Part shown: positions 39,174 to 53,820 of the stretch, one piece after another | Numbering within the stretch: position 1 is the first letter of the stretch | Layout: every line of letters begins with the position of its first letter | Assembly: GCF_006345805.1 (NCBI RefSeq) | Contig: NW_021833066.1 | Span: 1-64,000, forward strand | Direction: 5' to 3' | DNA length: 64,000 bases | Origin: Octopus sinensis | Taxonomy: Eukaryota | Made by a program: the position numbers and the translations under genes | Notes under the pieces: generated by a model | The model's database searches: none | What the model was told of the DNA's origin: nothing | The model's input: only the letters and a program-made list of their open reading frames with translations

Positions 39174-39269
39174 AACATATGTATGTATTTACATAGATAT
39201 TTATATGTATATACATATATAAATATATAAATATGCATATATGTCTTTGTGTGAAATATGATATAGTAG

Positions 39270-39310
<41 letters not shown>

Positions 39311-39572
39311 TATAAAGTTAATTCAAACAAAAAGCACAAAAAACACAACATATATAACCTCTACATACATACATATATATATATACATATATATATCTAC
39401 ATACATATCTATATGTATACATACATATATATACATACATACACACGTGTATACACATATATATATATGTGTGTTGTGTGTGGTGTTTGTGTGTGTATGT
39501 ATGTGTGTGTGCGTGCATGTGTGTGTATCAAATGAATGTATATAAATCGAAGGTGTGAGTGAAAGAAGGAGA

Positions 39573-39616
<44 letters not shown>

Positions 39617-40498
39617 GAAAATGTCGGATAAGACGAAAAGTTTTAAAAATAATATAATCAGGCAATTACTAGCGCAGTGTTATTTAGATTCTCATTGGTT
39701 GTCTTTCAAAACATTTATTGACGTAGAAGTCGATTATTGGTTAGCAATTTCGGGCATTCTCATTTAACATGGCTCTCGGTGGCGGTAGCTTTATTTCGAA
39801 AGCGGATATTTGTTGTTCTTCTCAACTAGAAGCCTTCCATCTTCAAAGTTTGCAATGGCAATTGAGAATTTTTAAATGTAACAGCCAAAAGCAATTTAAG
39901 ATTTGCGGCCTAACCTCTTCAAGATGTTTGACGCGTTTCCATCAACAAGCGTCCAGCCATTTTTACTTATTTTTTCGTTTCTTCTTTATTTTTTTTCTTT
40001 CTATTTCTTTTATTTTTTTTTACTGAATTTTTATTTTATATTTGAAGAACCGATCAGAGTAAAGGCAGCGTTTGGTTTTGTGGACGAACTTCTTTTCGTT
40101 GATGATTTTATGAATCATTCGTAGCAACAAGCCTACACACACGCACACACAGAAGAAAGAGGAGAGAGAGAGACAGACAGATAGACAGAAAGAGAGAGAT
40201 AGCCACAATTCAGAATACATGTGTGTAAGGCACTCCTATGTACGTATCTACATAATTGGTACTCATATGTACATAGGTATATTTATATATATACATGCAT
40301 ATATGTCTGTATATATATTATATATATATATATAACATATACATATATTTACATATATATGTATGCATATATATGTGTCTGTATATAATATATATATTAT
40401 ATATACACACACAAACATATGTATGTATTTACATAGATATTTATATGTATATACATATATAAATATATAAATATGCATATATGTCTTTGTGTGAATAT
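38062..40498. repeat. ~1.25 kb tandem duplication (38062-39313 / 39314-~40498)
   Basis: Unique core 38280-38880 is repeated at 39532-40130; differences are mostly single-base indels. Confidence 0.92.
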
Positions 40499-40555
40499 AT
40501 ATGTATATATATATATATATCTATATATATATATAGGAATGGATATATATATATA

Positions 40556-40599
<44 letters not shown>

Positions 40600-40923
40600 T
40601 GTTATATAATTACATGCATACTTTCATACATGAATATATATGTATATATGTACATATATATGCACATACATATACGTGTGCATGCATGCATATACATACA
40701 TGCAATCAAACTGGAATACTTATGTAGCCATTAGTTAATTTTCTTAGCCGTCCCTTCGAAGTCGTCCTTCTTGTCAACGCGAGACTTTATGCAACGCTTA
40801 CAAATGTTCGACTAAATAAAACGACCACATATGTGACCTTTTCTATTGAGAATGAGTAGGTTTCTACTTTGTTCACTGCATAAAATTACAGACGTTATAT
40901 AAATGTGTTTCATACATACATAC

Positions 40924-40963
<40 letters not shown>

Positions 40964-40968
40964 TATAT

Positions 40969-41010
<42 letters not shown>

Positions 41011-41566
41011 CTTCGTTTATACGAGTAGTGAGCGAGGGGTAGTGAAGAAATACACACGTACCTTTTACTTAAGACATGCAGTATCAGAAATATTGACTCA
41101 ATAAAGTAATTTCGGTAAAATCCATTTTCCTTTTGTTATTTCCGGCTGGTAATTTTGTTTGTCCGCCATTTTGTGAATAAAACTTATTTTGCTAATGCGA
41201 GAAATTACTTCATAAAATGTTACTTTGCATGCGTATATCTGTTTGGTTTATATTCGATATTATACGTAAGCAAGTACGCATTCTTTATGTGTATACTTAT
41301 GTTATTTCAGATACCTAAACCAGCTTGCAATGTTCAAATATGCGTGTACCAGCCGTGTGTTCAAACTCCGTATAGGCCAATTTGCCTTTCATCTCTTCGA
41401 ATTCAATGAAAAAGGCAGCAGACCAGGGCATTAAAGTGATGAAACGCTGAAGCATCGGTCAAGATGTACTGTGGTATCTATTTCAGGTCTGTGTTTCATG
41501 GTTCAAATCCTACTCCCCATCGCTTCATAAAACAGAATCATTCAAGACTCAGTAAAAATCGTAATA

Positions 41567-41640
41567 GACTTACGAAGTTCTTAAGCAAGAATACAACTCC
41601 AGTGCAATCTCTACACATTTTACTACCTCTTTCTATCTCC
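41567..41640 (+). repeat. ~70 bp dispersed repeat (second copy at 44234-44310)
   Basis: GACTTACGAAGTTCTTAAGCAAG..CACATTTTACTAC in both copies, each followed by (CT)n. Confidence 0.75.
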
Positions 41641-41654
41641 AACACACACACACA

Positions 41655-41687
<33 letters not shown>

Positions 41688-43149
41688 ACACACACTCTCT
41701 CTCTAACACACACACTCTCTCTCTCTCTATAACACACATTCTCTCTCCCTTACTGTGTATGTATGTGTATACATATGTATGCATCAATACAATACAAACA
41801 TATATAAGTTTATATGATGCATGCCTAACATACAAGTCAGTGTGTTTGTAATGCTATTTATATATACAAAGACATATATCTCAATACTACGGGCGTTTTC
41901 TTCGTTTTATTTTGTGGTTAGTTACAATGATTTGAGTATTTATTTGGAAAAAAGAAAAATCATATTTGCAAGTGCATAGTAAGATGTGAATTTAGAGCCG
42001 TGTTAGTTTCACCAAGTAAGAGGATTTGGATCGCATCGTCATTTATCACGTGGTTGTGAAATTTGTGAAATTTTGTGAACAACATTAATTAAATGATCTT
42101 TTCTGTTGGTGAGTAACAAATGCCAGTTGTCTGAAATTGATGCGAGTACAAGTAACAGACACCAAAGTAATTAATACTTAATAAGACACCTCTTTAAAGA
42201 CGAGTCATTTAATTATAGCTTTCGATATCAAATTGTGCGTGCTTTATGCATAGTTTAAACGATTTGTATTTAAGCATTTCGCCATCGAATTTTGGATTTC
42301 TCCTGTAGAAACTTTATTTTTCTGTGAATTGGTTCAGACTGCTGCTAAAAATTAAAGATAAGACCAAACAATTAATCAACAACCTAAACCATCCTTTGTG
42401 CAATATTTTCTATTCATTACTTTTCTACAACAAACCTCACCTGTAAACTCTCATAAAAGACAGAAATCTTATAAATTCTTTAACTCTATAGATATTTTTT
42501 CACTTCTTCCTAAAACTCAATTGTTTATTCACTCGAAAAGAATAAGAAAAAATAATTTTGAAATCTTCTTAAAACTTAATGTGAGTTTTAACAGCTATAA
42601 AATATACCGTGACGAGGAGCAATAGATACGAAAATAATCACGTTGAGATCGTTAGAATAATATATGTCTAGACATTAATAACTGTACGTCTATTGGCAAT
42701 GTGTGTAGTTAGTGTACAAAAGCTACAATGGCGAACGAAAATATGTTGCTCATTAGAAAAACAAAAGAGCGAGAATTCATGAGAGAAATGAGGGTTGAAG
42801 GGAAAACATAATGATCGTATAGAACTTATAAAGGAATAATTGTAAATAGAGAAATACTGGAGGATAGAAATAGTTCCTTTCTGTAAAGCGCGCGCAAGCG
42901 TATGGCAGTGCAGTATTACAACAACAGCATTGCAACACAATCCGGAAGAAAACTGCTGGGGCCCAGGTTTGAAAAGGCAGGGATCTGAGTGAAGAAAAAC
43001 AGAAAAAGACTGTCAGTGCTGAGAACAATGAAGAAAAATCACTGAGGGTGATTGCATGCGAGAGAGTGAAGGGCTTCAGAAGAGTTGCAATTATGGCCAT
43101 CGATAAAATAATTATTTCTAATTTAATCACCAAACTTGAGATATATATA

Positions 43150-43360
43150 TGGACGGAGTTAATCCATCGATTCCAGTATTTGGTTGGTGTTTTATCGATC
43201 CCAAATGGAAGGGAAGTAAAGTTAACCCCAGTAAGATTTTAAACTCAAAATGTAAAAGTCAGGAAAATACCACAAGGTATTGCTTCCGGCGCTCTAACGA
43301 CTCTGCCAGCTCACCGTCTTATATTACCGTTTCTAATTTAGGCACAAGAGCAAAGATTTT
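43150..43360 (-). mobile_element. Decayed SINE family A (alternative tail) fragments
   Basis: TTTATCGATCCC..GTTAACCCCAGTAAGATTTTAAACTCAAAA..CTCTGCCAGCTCACC, and TTTCTAATTTAGGCACAAG. Confidence 0.55.
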
Positions 43361-44359
43361 GTGGTTTTGATAGGAGGATGGGGGGACGGGGGGGGAGGGT
43401 TAGCCAATAATATCATCGCCAGAAATTGATTGATATTTCATTTTATCAACTCTGGAGAGAAGATAGTCAAAGCTTACGTCAACGGGAAATGAACTCGAAC
43501 GGAAGAAATAGCGCAAGGCATTTTGTCCGACAGTATAAGAGTATAGCCATTCCATTGCTCTTACTAGCAATATACAAACTGCGTTACATATATCTTGATT
43601 TACAACTCACAATAAACCGCCTCAGCTTTAGTTAATCCTAACAACCCAAGCAATCATCCTCGATCTTTTGCATGCAACACTATTCTTTTCTACCTCTGCC
43701 CTTCGACCCAAACACATCTACCCAAATCGATCCTAGCAATCACTCCTACCTTATCTCAAAGCTTTCCCTTGCACCATAAATAATCTCATGTACAGCTTGA
43801 AGTTTCTATCATAAGATAACATTAGAAAATCCGATCGGAGATAAGCTCACAGATTCACAGTGTACAATAAGGACATCCGATTTAACAACACGCCGCCGGT
43901 CAGCTAAGGAACTCAGTCTAACACCTGACACACTACCGTTTTAGATATTGTTTTACGTTCCGCCTTCGAAGAGAACATGAATCTATAATGTTTCTTCAAA
44001 CTTTTCAATCATGCAGTTTGAAATTTTCAACTTAGGCTTTTTAAAACTTTACTCTTTTAATATACACACACGGACATTATAATTCAAATGTTACCCACAT
44101 GCAAATGAGTATCTGATTGTGATACATAAAGGCAATCAATCACACGCCAACTATTTTCTAATGGACAATTCAATCAATAAATATATACACGCGCACCCGC
44201 CGTGTGTATATATGTAAATGTATATGGTGATAGACTTACGAAGTTCTTAAGCAAGTATCCAACTCCACTGAAATCTCAGCACATTTTACTACATCTTTCT
44301 CTTACAATCTCTCCCTCTCTCACTCTGTCTCTCTCTGTCTCTCTCTCTCTCCCTCTTAC

Positions 44360-44440
<81 letters not shown>

Positions 44441-44462
44441 TATATATATAATATATATATAT

Positions 44463-44890
44463 ATAACATTAAATAATGAGGGAGATAAATTGGATATTAA
44501 TTTAATTAATATCAATTTAAAACCAGTAGCCTAGCATACTAAAATCTGAAAAATCAGAGAAAATTCTAATGCATGTGTATATTTAAAGGGCTAAAAACCA
44601 CTATAAACCGCCTTGTAAATTTGCGTGGATGAACTCCTAATTTTTTTCTTTCGTTGTCTCTTTCTCTCTTTCACTTTTTAACTGTCTCCTTCTCCCTCGT
44701 TCCCTCTTCCCCCCCCCCTCTCTCACTCTCTTCCTATTTGTTCGCTGCAACGAAGGAGAAATAGATCTGAAACGTCAAGTATTTCTTCCTTTCATTTAAT
44801 CAACGTCAGCTAATACAACATTCAATCGTTATATATTTTATGTCTACATGTTTACAGAGATTATACATACCTGCACACACACACACACAT

Positions 44891-44969
<79 letters not shown>

Positions 44970-45750
44970 TGTGAGTGTGTGTATATATGTATGCATGTAT
45001 GCGTTTGTGTGGATGTAAATTTGCTCGTTTTATTACTCAAGGTTAAGGCTATGCTCGGCCTCCGCATATAGAGTTGAATGCGCTAAATCTATTGTACCGT
45101 TTCCCAATACGACCAACGGTTCAATATTTATACAATATTATATGATTTTCTTATTAAGTTGATATGAACGAGGTCGGTTTGACAAGTTGTTGTCTGTTAG
45201 AATATATTGCGTGTGCTTTATAATATCCACGTACGTACATGCATTCATATATATATATATATATATATATATAGATATATAATAACATTAAATAATGAGG
45301 AGATAAATTGGATATTAATTTAATTAATATCAATTTAAAACCAGTAGCCTAGCATACTAAAATCTGAAAAATCAGAGAAAATTCTAATGCATGTGTATAT
45401 TTAAAGGGCTAAAAACCACTATAACCGCCTTGTAAATTTGCGTGGATGAACTCCTAATTTTTTTCTTTCGTTGTCTCTTCTTTCTCTCTCTCTTCTTTTT
45501 TAACTGTCTCCTTCTCTCTCGTTCCTCTCTCCCCCCCCTCTCTCTCCCTCTCTTCTCTTTTATCTCTCTCTTCGCTCTTCCCTATTCTGTTCGCTGCAAC
45601 GAAGGAGAAATAGATCTGAACGTCAAGTATTTCTTCCTTTCCTTTCATCATTTAATCAACGTCAGCTAATACAACATTCAATCGTTATATATTTTATGTC
45701 TACATTGTTACAGAGATTATACATACCTGCACACACACACACACACACAT

Positions 45751-45798
<48 letters not shown>

Positions 45799-45799
45799 C

Positions 45800-45830
<31 letters not shown>

Positions 45831-46110
45831 TGTGAGTGTGTGTATATATGTATGCATGTATGCGTTTGTGTGGATGTAAATTTGCTCGTTTTATTACTCA
45901 AGGTTAAGGCTATGCTCGGCCTCCGCATATAGAGTTGAATGCGCTAAATCTATTGTACCGTTTCCCAATACGACCAACGGTTCAATATTTATACAATATT
46001 TATATGATTTTCTTATTAAGTTGATATGAACGAGGTCGGTTTGACAAGTTGTTGTCTGTTAGAATATATTGCGTGTGCTTTATAAATATCCCTACGTAAC
46101 ATGCCATTCA
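44463..46110. repeat. ~820 bp tandem duplication (44463-45250 / 45282-46110) bounded by (TA)n
   Basis: ATAACATTAAATAATGAG at 44463 and 45282; the two copies are colinear. Confidence 0.92.
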
Positions 46111-46633
46111 ATATATATATATATTAATATATATATATATATATATAATATGTAAGTATATGTAATATATGTGTATATGTATCTGAAGCATATATGATGT
46201 ATATATATATATATATATGTGTGTGTATGTATGTATGTAAATGTATAATAAGGTATACATTTATTAGATACTTATTGATTTCATCTGAACATTTTCTTTT
46301 CTATTATGTGCGTATGTGTGTATATACGCATATATATATAAATAATATATATATATATATATATATATACTCACACAAACATATATATATATATATATAC
46401 ACACACACAAACATATAAGTAAACACACACAAACACGCGCTCACACAACCACACTCACAACATATATATATATATATATATGCGTATGTATGGGTGTGTG
46501 TACGAGAACGTGTATATGTGGCTGCCATTTGAAATTCTGAGGTAAATAGGAGAAAGCTAACCATGAAAATCACACCCACCTCTACTGACCCATCGCCTTC
46601 CATATCTCACCATCAAACCCTTCTCTTTTTGTG

Positions 46634-46686
<53 letters not shown>

Positions 46687-47153
46687 TTCTCTCTCTCTAA
46701 TTCGGTCTCTGCACAAAACCTAAAATGGTATTAATCTTTACTCGTTTTCGTGTTTCATATAAAACGAACGTCCAGCAATTTAAAGCTGCTGCAACTACTT
46801 CAGGTACAACGACAATAACAATAATAATAATAATGATAATAATAATAACAACAACAACAACAACAACAATAATAATAATAATAATAATAATAACTACAAT
46901 TACAATAATAATCAGTGCGTTGACGTCTATGGACACTATATCTTTAGATTTTGTTGAAGAAGAAGAAGACGAAGAAGATGAAGATGATGATGATGATGAT
47001 GTCTGTAAATGATAAAAGCAACAACAAAAAGAACCACCACAACACAAACATTATTAATAATATTAATAATAATAATATAATAATAATAATAATAATGATG
47101 ATGATAATAATAATAATATAATAATAATAATAATAATGATGATGATGATGATA

Positions 47154-47188
<35 letters not shown>

Positions 47189-47204
47189 TAAAATGATGAT
47201 GATG

Positions 47205-47241
<37 letters not shown>

Positions 47242-47302
47242 TGAGATAATAATAATAATAATAATAATAATATGATGATGATGAATAATAATAATAATAA
47301 TA

Positions 47303-47342
<40 letters not shown>

Positions 47343-48739
47343 TAATAAAATATAATAATAATATAATAATAATAATAATAGTTGTAATACTAATCGCCAG
47401 ACATTTCCTGCTAATCAATGGACGCTTTCTCCAAGTAATATCGCCCCTCACCAATGTCCTTTCAACTTGTTTCAACCTCGACTTTGCCTTCAAATTCATC
47501 CACGTCATTTCCTAGTTTCTCCTCTATAATCAATCTATGTTGCAATATTTCTTTCTACTTTCACTTTCATCTCATTTCTCTGTCTTTTTCCTTCTTGCGT
47601 TGTGTTGTTGTTCTCTTTGCTGTTGTTGTACTTGTCTTTCAATATTAGCGGGTAAGGTGTGTTGCGATGCCACGTGTAGTGTGGCTTGTATTTTCGCGCC
47701 TTTTCGCTAGAGTTCTATTCTTTTTTTTCTCCACCTCATCGCTGACTTTTAACTCACCTCGTGTGCATGAGATTGTGTGTGCCTGCGTGTGAACTATATT
47801 GCTACATATGTGTGTGTGTGTGTGTGTGTACGTATATATGTTAATGTGTATATATATGTATGTATATATATATGTGTGTATGTGTATATATGTATGTGTA
47901 TATATGTCTATGTATATATATGTATATATATATGTATATATATATGTATATATACGTATGTGTGTATATATATGCATGTGTACATGAATATAAATATATC
48001 CATATATTATAAACATCTCTCATACTTGTAAAATCATATAATAAATACGTCTTTATGCTTGCATATATACATTTATATATATATATATATATGTATGCGT
48101 GTGTATTTATGTGTATATGTATATATATATATGCATGTAGGCATATATATTATATATATATATATAGATATATATATATTGTGTGTGTGTGTGTGTGTGG
48201 TATGTTATTTATATATATATATGTATATATATATATTATATATGTATATTTATACATATAAGTATTACGTGTGTGTGTGTATGTGTGCTGCGTGAATGTA
48301 TATATACTTACAAACAAATCTAATGTAACATATCTGCATACATTCTATTATTTAAACGAAAAATTAATAGATAATGCTACCGAAGACAGAAGGTTTTTGA
48401 ACGCTGTCTTTATCTTCATGACAGCTTATCATTCATAGACTATTTTCAAGTTGCTCACCATGAAATTAGACTAACCGCTCTGATAGTGAAGGCAAGTCAT
48501 TGCAATGCTGGGTTCGGGGTGTTATGGTCATCTTTTATAACCATTATTATTTCCATTTCACTTCCCACAACTCTCAGTTTCGCTTGCTCCGTTTAGTTCT
48601 GTAAGAGCGGGCAACAACCCCTTGTTAAAAGTTCTCACAGAGTCTCTATCATCAAAGCAGCAGTCTCAAACTTATCACTGTCCTCAATAGAGCAGTTTTT
48701 CAACATGTTCTACCCTCATATCAATCCCAGTTTCCTCAA

Positions 48740-49208
48740 CAAATTTACCAAACCGATCCTAGTACCCCTGCAACCACTGGAGTGACAGTTTCTTCATTAC
48801 CAACATTTGGGCAATCTCATCTTTTAGGGGCTTGTACTTCTCTGTCTTTTCCAGTTCTTTGTCACCCACATCCCTAGGTATGGCAATATCTATGATCTTG
48901 GAGGCGGCGAGCTGGCAGAAACCGTAGCACGCCGGGCGAAATGCTTTGTGGTATTTCGTCCGCTGATGCATTCTGAGTTCAAATTCCGCCGAGGTCGACT
49001 CTGTCATGATCTCTGACAACTATATATGATCTGTTGGCATTAATTTCTCTATCTGTGTGTATCGGCATATCCCAGAGTATGGTTGCTTTCCCGTTTTCTG
49101 GGACCTTTTCTGGTGTGTGCCCATACCATCTTTTTTCTGTTGTTATTCCATAATGTTGACATAGCTTCCAGTGTATCTAGGTTCCAACTCTGTCATGTCT
49201 GTGAATAT
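48740..49208 (-). mobile_element. R4/Dong-like (RLE) LINE fragment interrupted by a SINE A head (48902-49001)
   Basis: Manual minus translation YIHRHDRVGT*IHWKLCQHYG..WYGHTPEKV..ILWDMPIHTDREINANR, then IIDIAIP..EKYKPLKDEI. The 5' end abuts (AAT)n on its sense strand. Confidence 0.85.
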
Positions 49209-49223
49209 TATTATTATTATTAC

Positions 49224-49314
<91 letters not shown>

Positions 49315-50103
49315 CATCATCATCATCATCCTCATTATCATCATCATCACATCATCATCATCATCATCATCGCTATTATTATTATTTGTTGTTGTTGTTG
49401 CTTTGGCTGTTGTTATCGTTGTTATTATTAATAATGGTGGTCGTCTTGGTGCTGGATACGATTGACTCCATTTTATTTATGGCTTGTCTAAGTGCAACTC
49501 TTCGCGTCCATGGCTTCATCATTCAGCGCTTCTCAGTATTCCATCGATAGGGAAAATATTTATGTGTATAGATTTCGATTCTCTCTTGTCTACTCTCTAA
49601 CATTCTCCTCGCTCCACCTTTCTCTCTCTTTGTTTCACTCTCTCTCTCTCTTTCTCTCTGCCACGTAATCCATTAAACCGCATCTCTTCAACCTTTCATG
49701 AGGATACATACATATATACATACATATATATGTATGTAAGTATGTATGTATATATGTATGCATGTATGTATGTATATATATATATATTTATATATATATA
49801 CATATATACAAATATATATATATTATATATATGTATGTATATATGTATGTGTGTGTACGTATGTATATATGTATACACCTAAATATACACATATATATGT
49901 GAGCATACATATACATATACCAAGATATAAATAATAGCATCTAAAAAAGTTTGACTGAAAAATGAAATATACATACATACATATATAATATAATATAATA
50001 TTATATATATTATATGTATTTCTATATGTTTATACATATGTGTGTATGTATATATATATATATATATAATATATGTATTTCTATATATACATATGTGTGT
50101 ATG

Positions 50104-50134
<31 letters not shown>

Positions 50135-50137
50135 ATA

Positions 50138-50179
<42 letters not shown>

Positions 50180-51234
50180 GGTATTGTATATGTATGTGTA
50201 TTACATATACAATGTGTCTGTGTGTTTATGTATATATGTTCACTATGGAGACGTTATTTATCTGGGGCCGTCTAACTCCTGTTTGTCTCAATCCTTATTT
50301 ATTTCTGATTTCTTTCAATAATCTCATTCCTCCCACCACCAAACCCAGTTCCCCCTTTTCACAACGTATTTCATTCCTTCGCCTTCACTCCTTTTCATTC
50401 CCTTCAACCTGTAGGCTTCACCTCCGTTCCGTTCATTAAATCATTTTACCTGTTAATTGCTTTACGTCATTATATTTTTACTCGGCAAAGCAGAAGATTC
50501 ACTGCAATGATAGAATGGGATGATGAAATACCTTGTTTGTATTGAGTTATTTTTCCTTTACCTTCCATCAATCCATATTTCTTACATTTCTTTTTGACTC
50601 TCTTCATACACATATATATGTTTACGTATGTATGTATGTATAAACAGATATGTACACATATTTATGTATATATATATATATATATTATATATATTATATA
50701 CATATATAGATATATATGTATGTGCATGAATATATATATGTATTATGCACACAATATATTTATATACATACATATATATACATACGTAAATACATAGGTA
50801 TATATATATTATGTATGTCCATACACATATATACATTAGTATATATATGTATACATATATATATACGTATGTGTATGCATATATATTTATATATATACAT
50901 GTATATACATATGTAAATATATGTTTGTAGATATATATATTATATGTTCATATATATATATATAACATAATGTGCTTCCGTATGTAAAAAGAATTAGCAT
51001 TAACTGAAGACACAACAGTGTCAGGTATGTATGTGACTTCGAAGTATTAACGTAAGGTGTTATGAAACGGTATCTTCATATTCCCTTTCTAGAGAGAGGC
51101 ACTGACAAACGTACAAATACATGCACACACCCATACACACTCCAGACACATACACACAAGCACACGCACATATATATGCATTATATATATATATGTATAT
51201 ATATATTATATATTATACTATATATATATATATT

Positions 51235-51575
51235 AGTCCCACTGCGTGGCATCTTGGGCAACTGTCTTCTGCTATAGCCCCGGGCCGACCAATGCCTTGT
51301 GAGTGGATTTGGTAGACGGAAACTGAAAGAAGCCTGTCGTATATATGTATATATACATATGTATGTGTGTGTGTGTGTTTGTCCCCCTAGCATTGCTTGA
51401 CAACCGATGCTGGTGTGTTTAGGTCCTCGTCAATTAGCGGTTCGGCAAAAGAGACCGATAGAATAAGTACTGGGCTTACAAAGAATAAGTCCCGGAGTCG
51501 ATTTGTTCGACTAAAGGTGGTGCTCCAGCATGGCCGCAGTCAAATGACTGTAACAAGTAAAAGAGTAAAAGAGTA
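51235..51575 (+). mobile_element. SINE family B (5'-truncated)
   Basis: Colinear with 11888-12255. Confidence 0.85.
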
Positions 51576-51945
51576 TATGTATGTATGTATGTATATTTTA
51601 TTTTTTAGCCAACATTTTTTAGATGCTATTATTTATAGCTTTATACGTTCTTCGGCAACCAATAGAAAAAGTGAATTACTCCACGTTCTTTCGCAACTTT
51701 ATAAACTCTTATGGCAGCAGCATGTAATTCTCAATAGGAATAATAAAGTTTCTGAAATGGATAAGGAAATTCGAAGGATTGCGTTGGTACAATGGTAAAA
51801 TGCCTATTATGCCTAGAAGAGATGTGGGTTCCAATCGGACGTGCAGCCTCCCACTCTTAAACCCAATATGTACGTATTATTATTTATAACTCAATATGTA
51901 CTTCCAGAACCATGTACGTGTGTACGTGTGTGTGTACGTGTGTGC

Positions 51946-51990
<45 letters not shown>

Positions 51991-52124
51991 CAACAAAACA
52001 TCCAGATAGACGATACAAAAAAAACGAGGACGGGTCATTCGAAGTTTTCTTTCCTCACTCAAGCACCAGATTATCCTCGCAATTTATCTATCTATCTATT
52101 TATCTATCTATCCATCTATCTATA

Positions 52125-52126
52125 CG

Positions 52127-52161
<35 letters not shown>

Positions 52162-52162
52162 G

Positions 52163-52205
<43 letters not shown>

Positions 52206-52229
52206 GCAAGCAGGCATGCAGACAGACAA

Positions 52230-52310
<81 letters not shown>

Positions 52311-52311
52311 G

Positions 52312-52369
<58 letters not shown>

Positions 52370-52370
52370 T

Positions 52371-52463
<93 letters not shown>

Positions 52464-52508
52464 CGACAGACCGACAGACAGACGGATTGATAGATAGATA
52501 GATAGATA
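52125..52508. repeat. (GATA)n array
   Basis: Direct reading; preceded by a short (TATC)n at 52084-52122. Confidence 0.95.
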
Positions 52509-53656
52509 TGTTTCTTTATTAGCCACACAGGGCTGCACACAGACGGGACAAATTACAAGGTAGAGCTTTACTTTCAGGGATAAAAAGGTGAGATTGATTT
52601 TCGATCAAGAGGGATCGTAAAATCAAAGAAAGAAGGAAGCAAAAGCAACAAAAAAGGAGGTGGGGAATAAAAATAAAAGGAAAAAGAAAAAATCGATCAA
52701 TAGAGATCGTTATCACAGAAATATCAATATAAAATGTAAAGGGGAAGACAGGTGAAGTTTACCCGTGGAAAGAAAAGCCTACGGAAAAGACCACCTCGGT
52801 CAATGCAGTTACATTTTACAAATAAGTAACTCTCCGTATTAAATTTTTACCGTTCATAGGATCATAGTCAAGGTGGCTTCGTCATTCATACGTGCCATCC
52901 TTGCTACATTCACCCATCTTTTTTTAAAACATTCACTAGACAAAACTTGCCTCTCTACTCTCACTTTCCTTTTCAAGTGATACTTGAAGAAGTTGATGAG
53001 ATTGACCAGAGAGGAAAGTGTTTGTCTCTTATCCTTTCAGACGCGTCCACCAGATACATTCTTTCGCCATAGCCACAAGTATGATAAAAATAGCTCTTCC
53101 TTCCCGTTTGAAGGAAGGAGGCGTGACAATATTGACGATAGACTCAGCTGATAAACCGACTCGTCCCACACGTGACAGCAGTTGTTCGACATAAGCCCAC
53201 AGGTTGGAAATTGTTGTACACTGCACGATTGCGTGCAGAACGGTTTCGTCGATCTGACCGCATCTCGGCCAGGTCGGCCCCGTGTTTCTCGAGCCGTGTC
53301 TGTAGAGCTTATCCCGAACGGGTAGCGCTTCTCGGTAGCACTGCCAGGCCAGGGATCTCTGGAAGTTGTCCATACGTCCCAGCACGAAATTCGTCTAAAC
53401 AGGCGGGTCAGGTATTTCTCGTCGACGCCCAGGTTTGCCCCAAGATCGTCGTCGTACCTCCTCTCCACTAATCCCTTATAGAATGCTTGGGTTGTGTTGA
53501 AGTCACTCAAGGTCGACCCGAGACGGCATAGTTGCTTGAGAGCAACGCGACACTCGCGGTGCCATTCGCCCTTCCTCGGCCTCTTTTTGATCCACGACTG
53601 CAGTTCTGTCATGGAGACGAGCTGCGGGAATGCGTGCCTTACAAACGTTCACCGTC
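52509..53656 (-). mobile_element. 5'-truncated Tx1/L1-like LINE inside (GATA)n
   Basis: ORF pieces 53037-53612 and 53029-53385 (WQCYREALPVR, PRCGQIDETVLHAIVQC) are homologous to 59793-60600. The 3' UTR ends GGCTAATAAAGAAACA; (GATA)n on both sides. Confidence 0.92.

Positions 53657-53820
<164 letters not shown>

Noticed and set aside
42780-43140. Purine-rich unique stretch as a possible host exon
   Set aside because: Only short ORFs, with no recognisable protein motif or convincing splice-site pair.
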